A DNA stretch of 64,000 bases from Candidatus Omnitrophota bacterium. GTDB taxonomy: Bacteria > Omnitrophota > Gorgyraeia > Gygaellales > Profunditerraquicolaceae. A program made the position numbers and the translations under genes. Every line of letters starts with the position of its first letter. Position 1 is the stretch's first letter. This document shows, in pieces, positions 33,315-40,995 of the stretch. The notes beneath the pieces are model-generated. The model made no database searches. It saw only the letters and a list, made by a program, of their open reading frames with translations, and was not told where the DNA came from. Location of the stretch: assembly GCA_026387355.1 (NCBI GenBank), contig JAPLLW010000007.1, positions 170,198-234,197 on the forward strand. The letters run 5' to 3'.

Positions 33315-33636
33315 CCTTAATTATTTTTGGTTTTATACTCTTAGCTTCTTTTTCGTCAGCAGAGACATAGGTTAAAATAACAACTATATCTCCAGGACAA
33401 GCCCCGCGCGCAGCCGGGCCATTAAGACAGATAACTCCGCTATCAGGTTTTCCACAAATAGCATAAGTTTCGATACGCGCCCCATTATTTAAATTCAAAA
33501 CTTCAACCTTCTCGTGCTCTAAAATATCGGCTGCCCGCATTAACTTTTCATCAATAGTAATGCTTCCTTCATAATTAAGATTTGCTTCGGTTACTGTGGC
33601 TCTGTGAACTTTAGATTTTAAAATTGTTCTTAACAT
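33286..33636 (-). CDS. panD: Aspartate 1-decarboxylase
   Basis: [18 protein letters not shown] (G-S cleavage site), NGPAAR. Confidence 0.96.
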   Translation of the reverse strand: MLRTILKSKVHRATVTEANLNYEGSITIDEKLMRAADILEHEKVEVLNLNNGARIETYAICGKPDSGVICLNGPAARGACPGDIVVILTYVSADEKEAKSIKPKIIKVDGRNRIKN

Positions 33637-33646
33637 TTTATCTCCC

Positions 33647-34231
33647 TTACTCTTTTAATGCCTTAGCAAGCTCTTCACCAAATGCTCTTGCTGAAGCCGG
33701 ACCATTAGCGGTAATAATAAAACCGTCCCTTTCAACATCTTTAGCCGTATAATTTACCTGATTATCAATAAGTTCCTGGGAATCCCCTGGAAAAACAGTT
33801 GCTCTTTTATTTTTTAATATCCCTGACTTAGCTAGAGTTACGCTGGCACTACAAATTCCACCGATTATCTTTCCGGATGAATCCGCTTCTTTTAATAGCT
33901 TATGCGCCAAGGGATCATCCCAATAGCTAACGCCCCCCGGGCCACCCACAAAGATTATCGCATCAAAATCCGCCATATTTATGTTGCTAAATAAAATATC
34001 TGGCTTTATCCTAGCGCCTAGGGAACCTTCAGCCTCGCTTAAGTCAGTTGAAGCAACCTTAACATTAATAGCATTTCTTTCCAGGGCTTGTTTTGTATGC
34101 AACAACTCTTCATCCCGAAAACCTTCATGAGAAATAACCATAACCGCTTTTTTCATCGTACCTGACTCCTGCGCAAAACTAAAATTTACCAGACCGAGAA
34201 TTACCAAAAACAAAATCAATAATCGCTTCAT
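33647..34231 (-). CDS. DJ-1/PfpI family protein with signal peptide
   Basis: FRDEE, FVGGPG, GICSA, ITANGP; N-terminal signal peptide ending FSFA. Confidence 0.85.
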   Translation of the reverse strand: MKRLLILFLVILGLVNFSFAQESGTMKKAVMVISHEGFRDEELLHTKQALERNAINVKVASTDLSEAEGSLGARIKPDILFSNINMADFDAIIFVGGPGGVSYWDDPLAHKLLKEADSSGKIIGGICSASVTLAKSGILKNKRATVFPGDSQELIDNQVNYTAKDVERDGFIITANGPASARAFGEELAKALKE

Positions 34232-34235
34232 ACAC

Positions 34236-35291
34236 TTAGCCCTTGATTAACTTAAATGTTTGTTTTGCGATCATCAATTCTTCGTTAGTCGGAATAACCA
34301 GTATCTTGGGTGATTTCCTGAAATGATTAAAAAGATTCTTAGTAATTTTTTTACGGATTGTCGCCTGATTTTCTCCGATACCACCGGTAAATACAAGACA
34401 GTCGCAACCAGACATAACCGTAATATATGCCCCGATATACTTACGAATGCGATATGCAAAAATATCCCGTGCTAGTCGTGCGCGCATATCCCCGCTATTT
34501 GCCTTAGTCTCTAAAATACGCATATCATTACTTATGCCTGATATACCCTTAAGTCCGCTGGCTTTATTTAACAAATTATCCATCTCATGCATATCTAATC
34601 TCTTTTTACGCATGATATGAGTAATTAAAGCCGGGTCAACATCGCCGCAACGCGTGCCCATAACTAATCCTTCTAAAGGCGTAAATCCCATACTTGTATC
34701 TACAGATTTTCCTTTATCCACAGCGCAAATACTACATCCGTTACCTAAATGACAGGTAATAACTTTAAGCTTATCTATTGGCTTCTTTAATATATGCGCT
34801 GCTTCATGAGCTACATATTCATGACTGGTTCCGTGAAAACCGTATTTTCGGATATTAAATTTTGTATAGAATTCATACGGAAGTCCATAAATATAGGCGT
34901 AATCCGGGATAGTTTGATGAAAGGCGGTGTCAAAAACCGCCACCTGCTTTACTCCTGCCAACAATTTATTGCAGGCAAGAATACCTGCTAAGTTTGCGGG
35001 ATTATGCAGTGGCGCAATACTACAACATTGTTTAATCTTTTTAATTACCGAATCATCTACAATCACCGGCTTCTTAAATGTCTCTGCACCATGCACCACT
35101 CTATGGCCAACCGCATCCACAGAATCAATCTTGCCTAATATCAATTTAAGGCCGGTATAATGGTTAATGATATCCGAACCTTCTTCTCCTATATGCTCAA
35201 TCTTTCCGCAAGTTAAGAGCTTATTCCTTGGCATATCAAAGAACTTATATTTTATGGATGAGCTTCCGCTATTTATAACCAGTATTTTCAT
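34236..35291 (-). CDS. ackA: Acetate kinase
   Basis: MKILVINSGSSSIK start, GHRVVHG, APLHNP, HLGNG, FTGGIGEN, PTNEE. Confidence 0.96.
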   Translation of the reverse strand: MKILVINSGSSSIKYKFFDMPRNKLLTCGKIEHIGEEGSDIINHYTGLKLILGKIDSVDAVGHRVVHGAETFKKPVIVDDSVIKKIKQCCSIAPLHNPANLAGILACNKLLAGVKQVAVFDTAFHQTIPDYAYIYGLPYEFYTKFNIRKYGFHGTSHEYVAHEAAHILKKPIDKLKVITCHLGNGCSICAVDKGKSVDTSMGFTPLEGLVMGTRCGDVDPALITHIMRKKRLDMHEMDNLLNKASGLKGISGISNDMRILETKANSGDMRARLARDIFAYRIRKYIGAYITVMSGCDCLVFTGGIGENQATIRKKITKNLFNHFRKSPKILVIPTNEELMIAKQTFKLIKG

Positions 35292-35295
35292 ATTT

Positions 35296-36225
35296 TTACT
35301 GCGCCCTAATCGCACTTACCGCAACACAATCCACAACATCTTCTACAGTACATCCCCGGGAAAGATCGCTCGCAGGTTTATTTAAGCCTAATAATAATGG
35401 TCCCACTGCTCGCGCCCCGGACAAGCGTTGGGTTAATTTATAGCCGATATTACCCGCTTCTAAATTTGGAAAAATTAAAACATTCGCTCTGCCGGCAATT
35501 TGGCTATCCGGAGATTTAATTGCGGCTACCTCAGGATCAATTGCCGCATCTACCTGCATCTCACCATCAGCGAGCATATCTGGGGCTAACTTTTTAAGCA
35601 TAGCTAAGGCCTCAACAATTTTATCAGCGGATTTAGTCTTAGCTGAACCGTGCGTAGAATAACTTAAAAAAGCGACCCTCGGCGTAAGATCTAAAACTTT
35701 TTTTGCTAATTCTGCGGCCGAAAGAGCAATACATGATAGCTGACGCGAATTAGGATCTGGAATCACTCCGCAATCAGCAAATACAAATGTCCCATCTTCA
35801 CCATAAGGGCAGTTAGGGACCTGCATGATAAAACAACTCGAAATTAAGGTGAGTCTTTCGTCTATACCAATACAGCGCATCGTAGACCTGACCATATCCG
35901 CCGTAGTATGCGCGGCCCCTGCAACTAAACCATCAAACTTACCTTCCTTAGTCATCATCGCAGTATAATAAAGAGTATCCTCGAATAACTTTCTAACGGT
36001 ATCAAGATCTATATCTTTAGCCTTATACGTTTCAAAGAATTCCTGGATATAGCGCTCCTTCTCTGAAGCAATAACCATATCTTTACTAAATAGGGTAACT
36101 TTTGCTAACCCTTCACCCTCAATAATCTTAGCTGCTTGTGCAACGCGCTTATCATTATACTCCGGTAAAACTATCGACTTAATCTTTTCTCTCGCCTTCT
36201 CATGAATCTTTTTAATCGTATCCAT
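35296..36225 (-). CDS. pta: Phosphate acetyltransferase (catalytic domain only)
   Basis: IVLPE, FADCGV.PDP, LSYSTHGSA, DGEMQVDAA, FPNLEAGNIGYK, DLSRGC. Confidence 0.93.
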   Translation of the reverse strand: MDTIKKIHEKAREKIKSIVLPEYNDKRVAQAAKIIEGEGLAKVTLFSKDMVIASEKERYIQEFFETYKAKDIDLDTVRKLFEDTLYYTAMMTKEGKFDGLVAGAAHTTADMVRSTMRCIGIDERLTLISSCFIMQVPNCPYGEDGTFVFADCGVIPDPNSRQLSCIALSAAELAKKVLDLTPRVAFLSYSTHGSAKTKSADKIVEALAMLKKLAPDMLADGEMQVDAAIDPEVAAIKSPDSQIAGRANVLIFPNLEAGNIGYKLTQRLSGARAVGPLLLGLNKPASDLSRGCTVEDVVDCVAVSAIRAQ

Positions 36226-36227
36226 TT

Positions 36228-37316
36228 TTACATCCCTCTTAATATTCTCTCTAAATCAACATTACGCCTAATTAATTTTACTACCGTTTCAATCTTTTCC
36301 AGGTCATTTGGACGAATCTTAACTGTTAAATCATGTAAAATTGTAGCAACATGGTAAGTATCTAGTTTGGAGAGTAAAACAGGTATCCCTGCTTTACTCA
36401 ATAAATTCATAATTGGCTGCTCAGGCGTAATCCCGCCGGTTAAAACCAAACCGCAAATCTTCAGCTTTTTTTTGTCAATTTCGCTAAAACAACTTAAGAC
36501 AGTCATGATCATATCCTCTCTGTCCCCGGGAGTAATCATAAGACTATCTTCTGTAATAAATTTAACTGCGTCGCGCGGCTCCATCGCACCGATAATAATC
36601 CGAGAAATCGATTGCTCAAGATATTCTTTGCCGCATAAAACATCAAAATCAGTCTCTTCTAAGATCTGCTCAAAGGTTGGCTTGGCAAGCATAGGGTCAT
36701 AAGGAATAACCCCTAATACATTAACCCCTTTTCTCTCAAGCCCTTTCCTAACCAACCGGTTAATCTTGTCATACTTATCAGGAAGAACCTTATTTATGAT
36801 TACCCCTAAAAGCTTTACCCCTTCCCGCTCAAGCAACGCCTTATTCAGAATAATTTCATCTATTGGGCGTCCAACTCCACCCGAAGAAATTAATATTGCT
36901 TTTGAACCTAATAATCTTGCAACAGTGGCATTAGAATGATCGAATACCGAACCTACTCCGGCATGACCTGTGCCTTCGATAATCACCAGGTTCTGACCAC
37001 GGGAGACCCTCTTAAACGAATCTTTTATCTGTTTAGTTATTGAATCCTTGTTCGGCTTAGAGATATACCTTTCTGTAAACCCCTTCTCAACGGCAATCGG
37101 GTTCATATCCTTAAGCCCGCATTTAATCCCACAGACCTCTTCAATTAAAACCGAATCTTCATCAATCTTCAGACCTTCTTCTTCAAGGTAGCGCTGGCCA
37201 ATAGGTTTAATAAATCCGACTTTCTTAAATATTCTTTGGAAGTTACGAATCAAGCCTAAAGATACTGTAGTCTTCCCGTCATTTTGCTTTGTTGCGGCGA
37301 TAAATATCTTCTTCAC
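36228..37316 (-). CDS. Stand-alone Pta N-terminal-like protein (BioD-like P-loop + DRTGG)
   Basis: QNDGKTT, FIKPIG, IEGTGH, ITPGDRED, LTGG. Confidence 0.85.
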   Translation of the reverse strand: MKKIFIAATKQNDGKTTVSLGLIRNFQRIFKKVGFIKPIGQRYLEEEGLKIDEDSVLIEEVCGIKCGLKDMNPIAVEKGFTERYISKPNKDSITKQIKDSFKRVSRGQNLVIIEGTGHAGVGSVFDHSNATVARLLGSKAILISSGGVGRPIDEIILNKALLEREGVKLLGVIINKVLPDKYDKINRLVRKGLERKGVNVLGVIPYDPMLAKPTFEQILEETDFDVLCGKEYLEQSISRIIIGAMEPRDAVKFITEDSLMITPGDREDMIMTVLSCFSEIDKKKLKICGLVLTGGITPEQPIMNLLSKAGIPVLLSKLDTYHVATILHDLTVKIRPNDLEKIETVVKLIRRNVDLERILRGM

Positions 37317-37325
37317 TTAGAATAC

Positions 37326-37646
37326 CTACAGATTTTCTTCTATCTTCTGTTTAAGGCTAGCTTTACTAAGCGCTCCGCTAACCTGGCCCATAATCTTTCC
37401 CTTTTTAAAAAATATCAATGTCGGAATCGACATTACCCCATAATGCGTTGCGCTCTTGGAATTACTATCCACATCCAGCTTACCAATCTTCATCTTCGTT
37501 GAATATTCCTTAGCTAATTCCTCAACCGCTGGAGCGATCATTTTGCAGGGCGCGCACCACTGCGCCCAGAAATCAACCAAAACCGGCAACTCAGACTCTA
37601 AAACTTCTTTCTTAAAATTACCATCGGTGAAATGTTTTATACTCAT
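37326..37646 (-). CDS. trxA: Thioredoxin
   Basis: DFWAQWCAPCK, SIPTL. Confidence 0.95.
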   Translation of the reverse strand: MSIKHFTDGNFKKEVLESELPVLVDFWAQWCAPCKMIAPAVEELAKEYSTKMKIGKLDVDSNSKSATHYGVMSIPTLIFFKKGKIMGQVSGALSKASLKQKIEENL

Positions 37647-37694
37647 TGCTTAGTCCTTATTTATTAAAGGGTTATTAATACGAAATGCTTAGAT

Positions 37695-37723
37695 AAATTA
37701 TCACAATTGATTGAAAAATGCAA
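37695..37723 (-). promoter_or_regulatory. Possible sigma70 promoter for the trxA-pta-ackA operon
   Basis: TTGCAT-17 nt-TAATTT with TG extension. Confidence 0.45.
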
Positions 37724-37785
37724 GCGGTTTTAATGATCGGACAACTTACGGAGCGCAAGCGTTCGCAAATCGTTTGCCTCGGGGT

Positions 37786-38181
37786 TTAATGGAGTGAAAA
37801 GCTTTGTGATGGATGACTAAAATCTGAGGAAGGCTTGCTGAAATCATCCGAAGGCCGGCTAAATTCACCCGAGGTTTTATTAAAATCATTTGAGGGTTGG
37901 CTAAAATCATCTGATGGCGAGGAAAAGTTATCTGAAGGTTTATCGAAATCACCTGAAATAGGCGAAAAGTCTATAGAAGAGTCGGAGAAATCTTCTGATG
38001 GCCTTCTAAAATCTCCTGAGGATATATTAAAGTCTTCTGAGGGCATATCAAAATCATCGGAAGGCTCGCTAAAATCCTCCGATGGCTTCTTAAATACAGC
38101 CTCATTAGTATCATTCACAGAAGCTAAAACAAACTGTACAGATAATAATACAAATAAGATTGCATACACTAACCTTTTCAT
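37786..38181 (-). CDS. Secreted protein composed of 14 PS(D/E)DF heptad repeats
   Basis: Signal peptide then repeats PSEDFSE, PSDDFDM, PSEDFNI ... PSQSFSL; TATAAT and AAGG upstream. Confidence 0.75.
   Translation of the reverse strand: MKRLVYAILFVLLSVQFVLASVNDTNEAVFKKPSEDFSEPSDDFDMPSEDFNISSGDFRRPSEDFSDSSIDFSPISGDFDKPSDNFSSPSDDFSQPSNDFNKTSGEFSRPSDDFSKPSSDFSHPSQSFSLH
37792..38085 (-). repeat. Degenerate 21-nt coding tandem repeat (14 units)
   Basis: Strict 7-codon period with invariant Ser2 and Phe5. Confidence 0.85.
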
Positions 38182-38223
38182 TTAAGCCTTTCTATACATA
38201 TTATAACCGAAAACGTATTTTTT

Positions 38224-39786
38224 TCAAACAGATTTGCCATTGGCGTTAATTTGTTTTGAAAAATAGCCTCCAGTTAGAGAATCTATAGAAGCGGTTAACT
38301 CTTTAACCCGCAGCTCTTTTTCAAAACGTTTTCTGCGATCTTCAATTTGAAGGCTATCCATCTCCATCTTTACGCGAATTCGTTCAAAATAGAGCTTAAC
38401 AACTTCATCTAATATATCGTTGCGCAACTGTACCGTAAGACGGGAACGCGTATCAATAGAAGTTTGATCGTCATTCCAAATCAACTTGCCTAAATCCCAA
38501 CTTAAAACTACCCCCCAATCCAAGCTATCGCGGCCGCGCCTCAATGTATCGTCGTCAGCTTTAGTCGTAGAGCCGCCTTCCCAATGCCATAGATCAGTAG
38601 TATTCCTATCTAATCCAAAATTAACTTCTGGTAGGAGTGCCTTTGCGCAAGCCTGCTTTCGCCAAAGCGCTATCTTCTCAGGGTTAACCTCAGCATAGTT
38701 AATCGCAGCCTGCTGCACACTTTCAATACCGGGTTCTCCTTTAGTATATTCCATAACGATGTCATCTGACATACTCATAAGCTTAAAATTAAGTGCTGCG
38801 CGAAATAATCCCTTATCTGTACAAACGTAAAGATTCGCTTCTTTATCAAATCCCATGAAATTAATTATACTTGCGGGAAGCCCCAAAGATACCTCTTCCC
38901 AGCGATCTCCCTGATATACAAATAAACCTGACTTAGCAATTGCATAAACCTTGGATTTCTCAGAGAGCGCTAAAAACTGTGTGTCTCGGCTAAGTAAACC
39001 ATTATCAGAAAACAGCTCCCAATCAAGCCCCTGGGAACTACTCTTATAAATTCCGCGGTTGGTAGCAAGATATACAGTATTAATATGCTTCGGATCTAAA
39101 GCAATATACTTTACCCCTGAATAGAAATCTTCTTCTTGAGCTCCCTCAACCTCATCTTCAAAATCGCTGCCCTGACCTGAAGTCTTCGTAAAGTAAATCC
39201 TTTGCCAGCTTGACCCTGAATCTAAACTCCTGTATGCACCTGAAGTCGAGGCTATATAAACCTGGCTTAGTTCAATAGATGAACAGGTAATGTTAAATAT
39301 CTGACTTTCCCCAAGCTTACCAGGCTCTTTATGCCACGACCGGCCACCATCATTACTCTTAAACAAACCAGAGTTTGTTCCTAATAGGATTCCGTTTGAC
39401 ACTAAAGCAACCGAAGTACAACTGCCCTCAGAATAATTCTTCCCCTGAAATATCCTCTCCCACCTTTTGCCTGCATCCGAACTAGCATACAAACCTGCAG
39501 CAGTTGCAGCAAATATTCTGTTTTTGACTTGTTTATCAAAAACAAGATAGTTTACACTTCTGTTACTTCCTCTCACCTGTAAGAGATTATTCCAGGTTTC
39601 CCCTCCATCAGCACTCTTAAACAGGCCCTTATCCGAACCTAAATAAACCACTTTTTGATTTCCCGGGTCAACTACTACAAATTTTACATTGACAATACCC
39701 CGACTTACCTCCTGCCAGCTTACTTCGGCACACCAACAAATACTACAGATACTAAATAGTCCCCAAAATACTATCCCCATCTTCAT
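38224..39786 (-). CDS. Exported BNR/Asp-box beta-propeller protein with C-terminal helical TolC/OEP-like domain
   Basis: Repeated SxDGGxxW boxes (SADGGETW, SSDAGKRW, SNDGGRSW, SLDSGSSW); C-terminal LLPEV...EVVKLYFER...IDSLTGG helical region. Confidence 0.75.
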   Translation of the reverse strand: MKMGIVFWGLFSICSICWCAEVSWQEVSRGIVNVKFVVVDPGNQKVVYLGSDKGLFKSADGGETWNNLLQVRGSNRSVNYLVFDKQVKNRIFAATAAGLYASSDAGKRWERIFQGKNYSEGSCTSVALVSNGILLGTNSGLFKSNDGGRSWHKEPGKLGESQIFNITCSSIELSQVYIASTSGAYRSLDSGSSWQRIYFTKTSGQGSDFEDEVEGAQEEDFYSGVKYIALDPKHINTVYLATNRGIYKSSSQGLDWELFSDNGLLSRDTQFLALSEKSKVYAIAKSGLFVYQGDRWEEVSLGLPASIINFMGFDKEANLYVCTDKGLFRAALNFKLMSMSDDIVMEYTKGEPGIESVQQAAINYAEVNPEKIALWRKQACAKALLPEVNFGLDRNTTDLWHWEGGSTTKADDDTLRRGRDSLDWGVVLSWDLGKLIWNDDQTSIDTRSRLTVQLRNDILDEVVKLYFERIRVKMEMDSLQIEDRRKRFEKELRVKELTASIDSLTGGYFSKQINANGKSV

Positions 39787-39955
39787 CTTGCCACCTCCTG
39801 CCTTAATAGACGAAGCTAGGAGGATAATCTAACTCAAAAAAAATCCCCAAATCTTTCGATTAGGGGAATTAAAAGCGGCAAGGGGAAATTTAGTTTTTGT
39901 TTGTTTTTTTCCGGGCATTGCCTGCCCGCTGGTAGTTTACCCCTTGCCTCATTGA
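39787..39955 (-). ncRNA. Candidate structured leader RNA / attenuator or sRNA, family unknown
   Basis: Promoter, long-range GGCAAGGGG/CCCCTTGCC stem, internal hairpins, terminator and RBS-sequestering hairpin. Confidence 0.5.
39836..39867 (-). terminator. Intrinsic terminator inside the 5' leader of the beta-propeller gene
   Basis: TCCCCTAATC-GAAA-GATTTGGGGA followed by a T8 run on minus strand. Confidence 0.8.
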
Positions 39956-39957
39956 TA

Positions 39958-39986
39958 AATATAACACATTCTACCCATAATTTCAA
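39958..39986 (-). promoter_or_regulatory. Sigma70-type promoter
   Basis: TTGAAA-17 nt-TATATT with TG extension. Confidence 0.6.
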
Positions 39987-39996
39987 GTAGGCACAA

Positions 39997-40064
39997 AAAA
40001 AAGGGGTCAGAATTATTTATTCTAGCACATAAACTGTTGAATAAATAATTCTGACCCCTTTTTT
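39997..40064. repeat. GGGGTCAG palindromic element, copy A (long form, may act as terminator)
   Basis: aaaaaaGGGGTCAGAATTATTTATTC-spacer-GAATAAATAATTCTGACCCCtttttt. Confidence 0.9.
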
Positions 40065-40078
40065 ACCCTTTACTCAAC

Positions 40079-40504
40079 TTACCAAAGGTAATCTTTTATC
40101 TTCTGATCAGCCCTTAAATAAGCATATTCAGGAACCATTACCGGCTTATTATAAGGCGGAACCATGAAAGTCAATGTATCAAATACCCCCGCTCCTGCGC
40201 GAATCACGCTAGTAACTGCTCCCTGAACCAGACCAAATGTTATGCCTGTTAACGGATCAGTTTCATCAGATACTTTACATACCTGAGCTGGAATTTCTGT
40301 CCAGAAACCCACGCTATTCATTACCCCGCGATTCAGCTTGTTTATCGGCCTATCGCCATACGGGATCTTATCCGCATCGATTACAGGAATCGTGTTTATG
40401 CTACCATATTCAATATAATCATCCCCCATTTCATGCGCATACACAAATGAGGTTGCAGCCATTAAAACTACCAAAGCAAAAAGTACTAAAATCAAATTTT
40501 TCAT
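40079..40504 (-). CDS. Exosortase-system-associated protein (TIGR04073-like)
   Basis: Signal peptide; KLNRGVMN..WTEIP...G...RAGAGVFDTLTF.VP pattern; GGAGGAGG RBS. Confidence 0.75.
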   Translation of the reverse strand: MKNLILVLFALVVLMAATSFVYAHEMGDDYIEYGSINTIPVIDADKIPYGDRPINKLNRGVMNSVGFWTEIPAQVCKVSDETDPLTGITFGLVQGAVTSVIRAGAGVFDTLTFMVPPYNKPVMVPEYAYLRADQKIKDYLW

Positions 40505-40535
40505 TTTTCCTCCTCCTTTAATCTACCTGACCCTT

Positions 40536-40778
40536 TTAGGATTTATGAATTTCTTCTATCAGCCTTGCTTTCAAGGTTTTAGCTGAATCTATCTTATCTC
40601 CCGAAATACCCGCCTCCATGGCAAAATCAATCAATCCACGAAGTATTTCGTTATAGGAGAGTTTATGTCCTGTTGAGAAAAGAGCATCTTTGCCTAGTTT
40701 ATCCAGGAAATCTATCTCCTGTCGGCCTAGCATGGTGATAACTCTGTGCACCATGATCTGTTTATCTAGCTTGTTCAT
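40536..40778 (-). CDS. Small protein, possible ribbon-helix-helix DNA-binding protein
   Basis: Likely start MNKLDKQ after GGGGGTGG; beta strand RVITML then two helices (EIDFLDKL, SYNEILRGLIDF). Confidence 0.6.
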   Translation of the reverse strand: MNKLDKQIMVHRVITMLGRQEIDFLDKLGKDALFSTGHKLSYNEILRGLIDFAMEAGISGDKIDSAKTLKARLIEEIHKS

Positions 40779-40814
40779 ATTGTACCACCCCCTTTTCAAA
40801 ATGTCCAGCATTAT

Positions 40815-40919
40815 TTATGCCGGCATCCCTAGATATAACCTTATGGCCTGTATGAAATTAAGGTGTCTTTTCTGCGTCCTTCTTCCTCTTTTAACCATCT
40901 TCCTGTGCATGCGTCTCAT
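40815..40919 (-). CDS. Unannotated 34-aa Arg/Lys-rich small protein
   Basis: AAGGAGG RBS, ATG at 40919, MRRMHRKMVKRGRRTQKRHLNFIQAIRLYLGMPA, TAA at 40815-40817; first ORF after the riboswitch terminator. Confidence 0.6.
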   Translation of the reverse strand: MRRMHRKMVKRGRRTQKRHLNFIQAIRLYLGMPA

Positions 40920-40956
40920 TTTCCCCTCCTTTTCTAGTTCTTACGCTGGGGCTCAT

Positions 40957-40989
40957 AAACAAAAAACCCTAAAAGGCTTATTTAGGGTT
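40957..40989 (-). terminator. Riboswitch expression-platform terminator
   Basis: AACCCTAAA-loop-TTTAGGGTT followed by TTTTGTTT immediately 3' of the aptamer. Confidence 0.8.
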
Positions 40990-40995
40990 CATCCT

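Noticed and set aside
37746-38185. Alternative ORFs 37835-38185 (+) and 37746-37952 (-) with periodic sequence
   Set aside because: Shadows of the 21-nt repeat; only 37786-38181 has a signal peptide and upstream signals.
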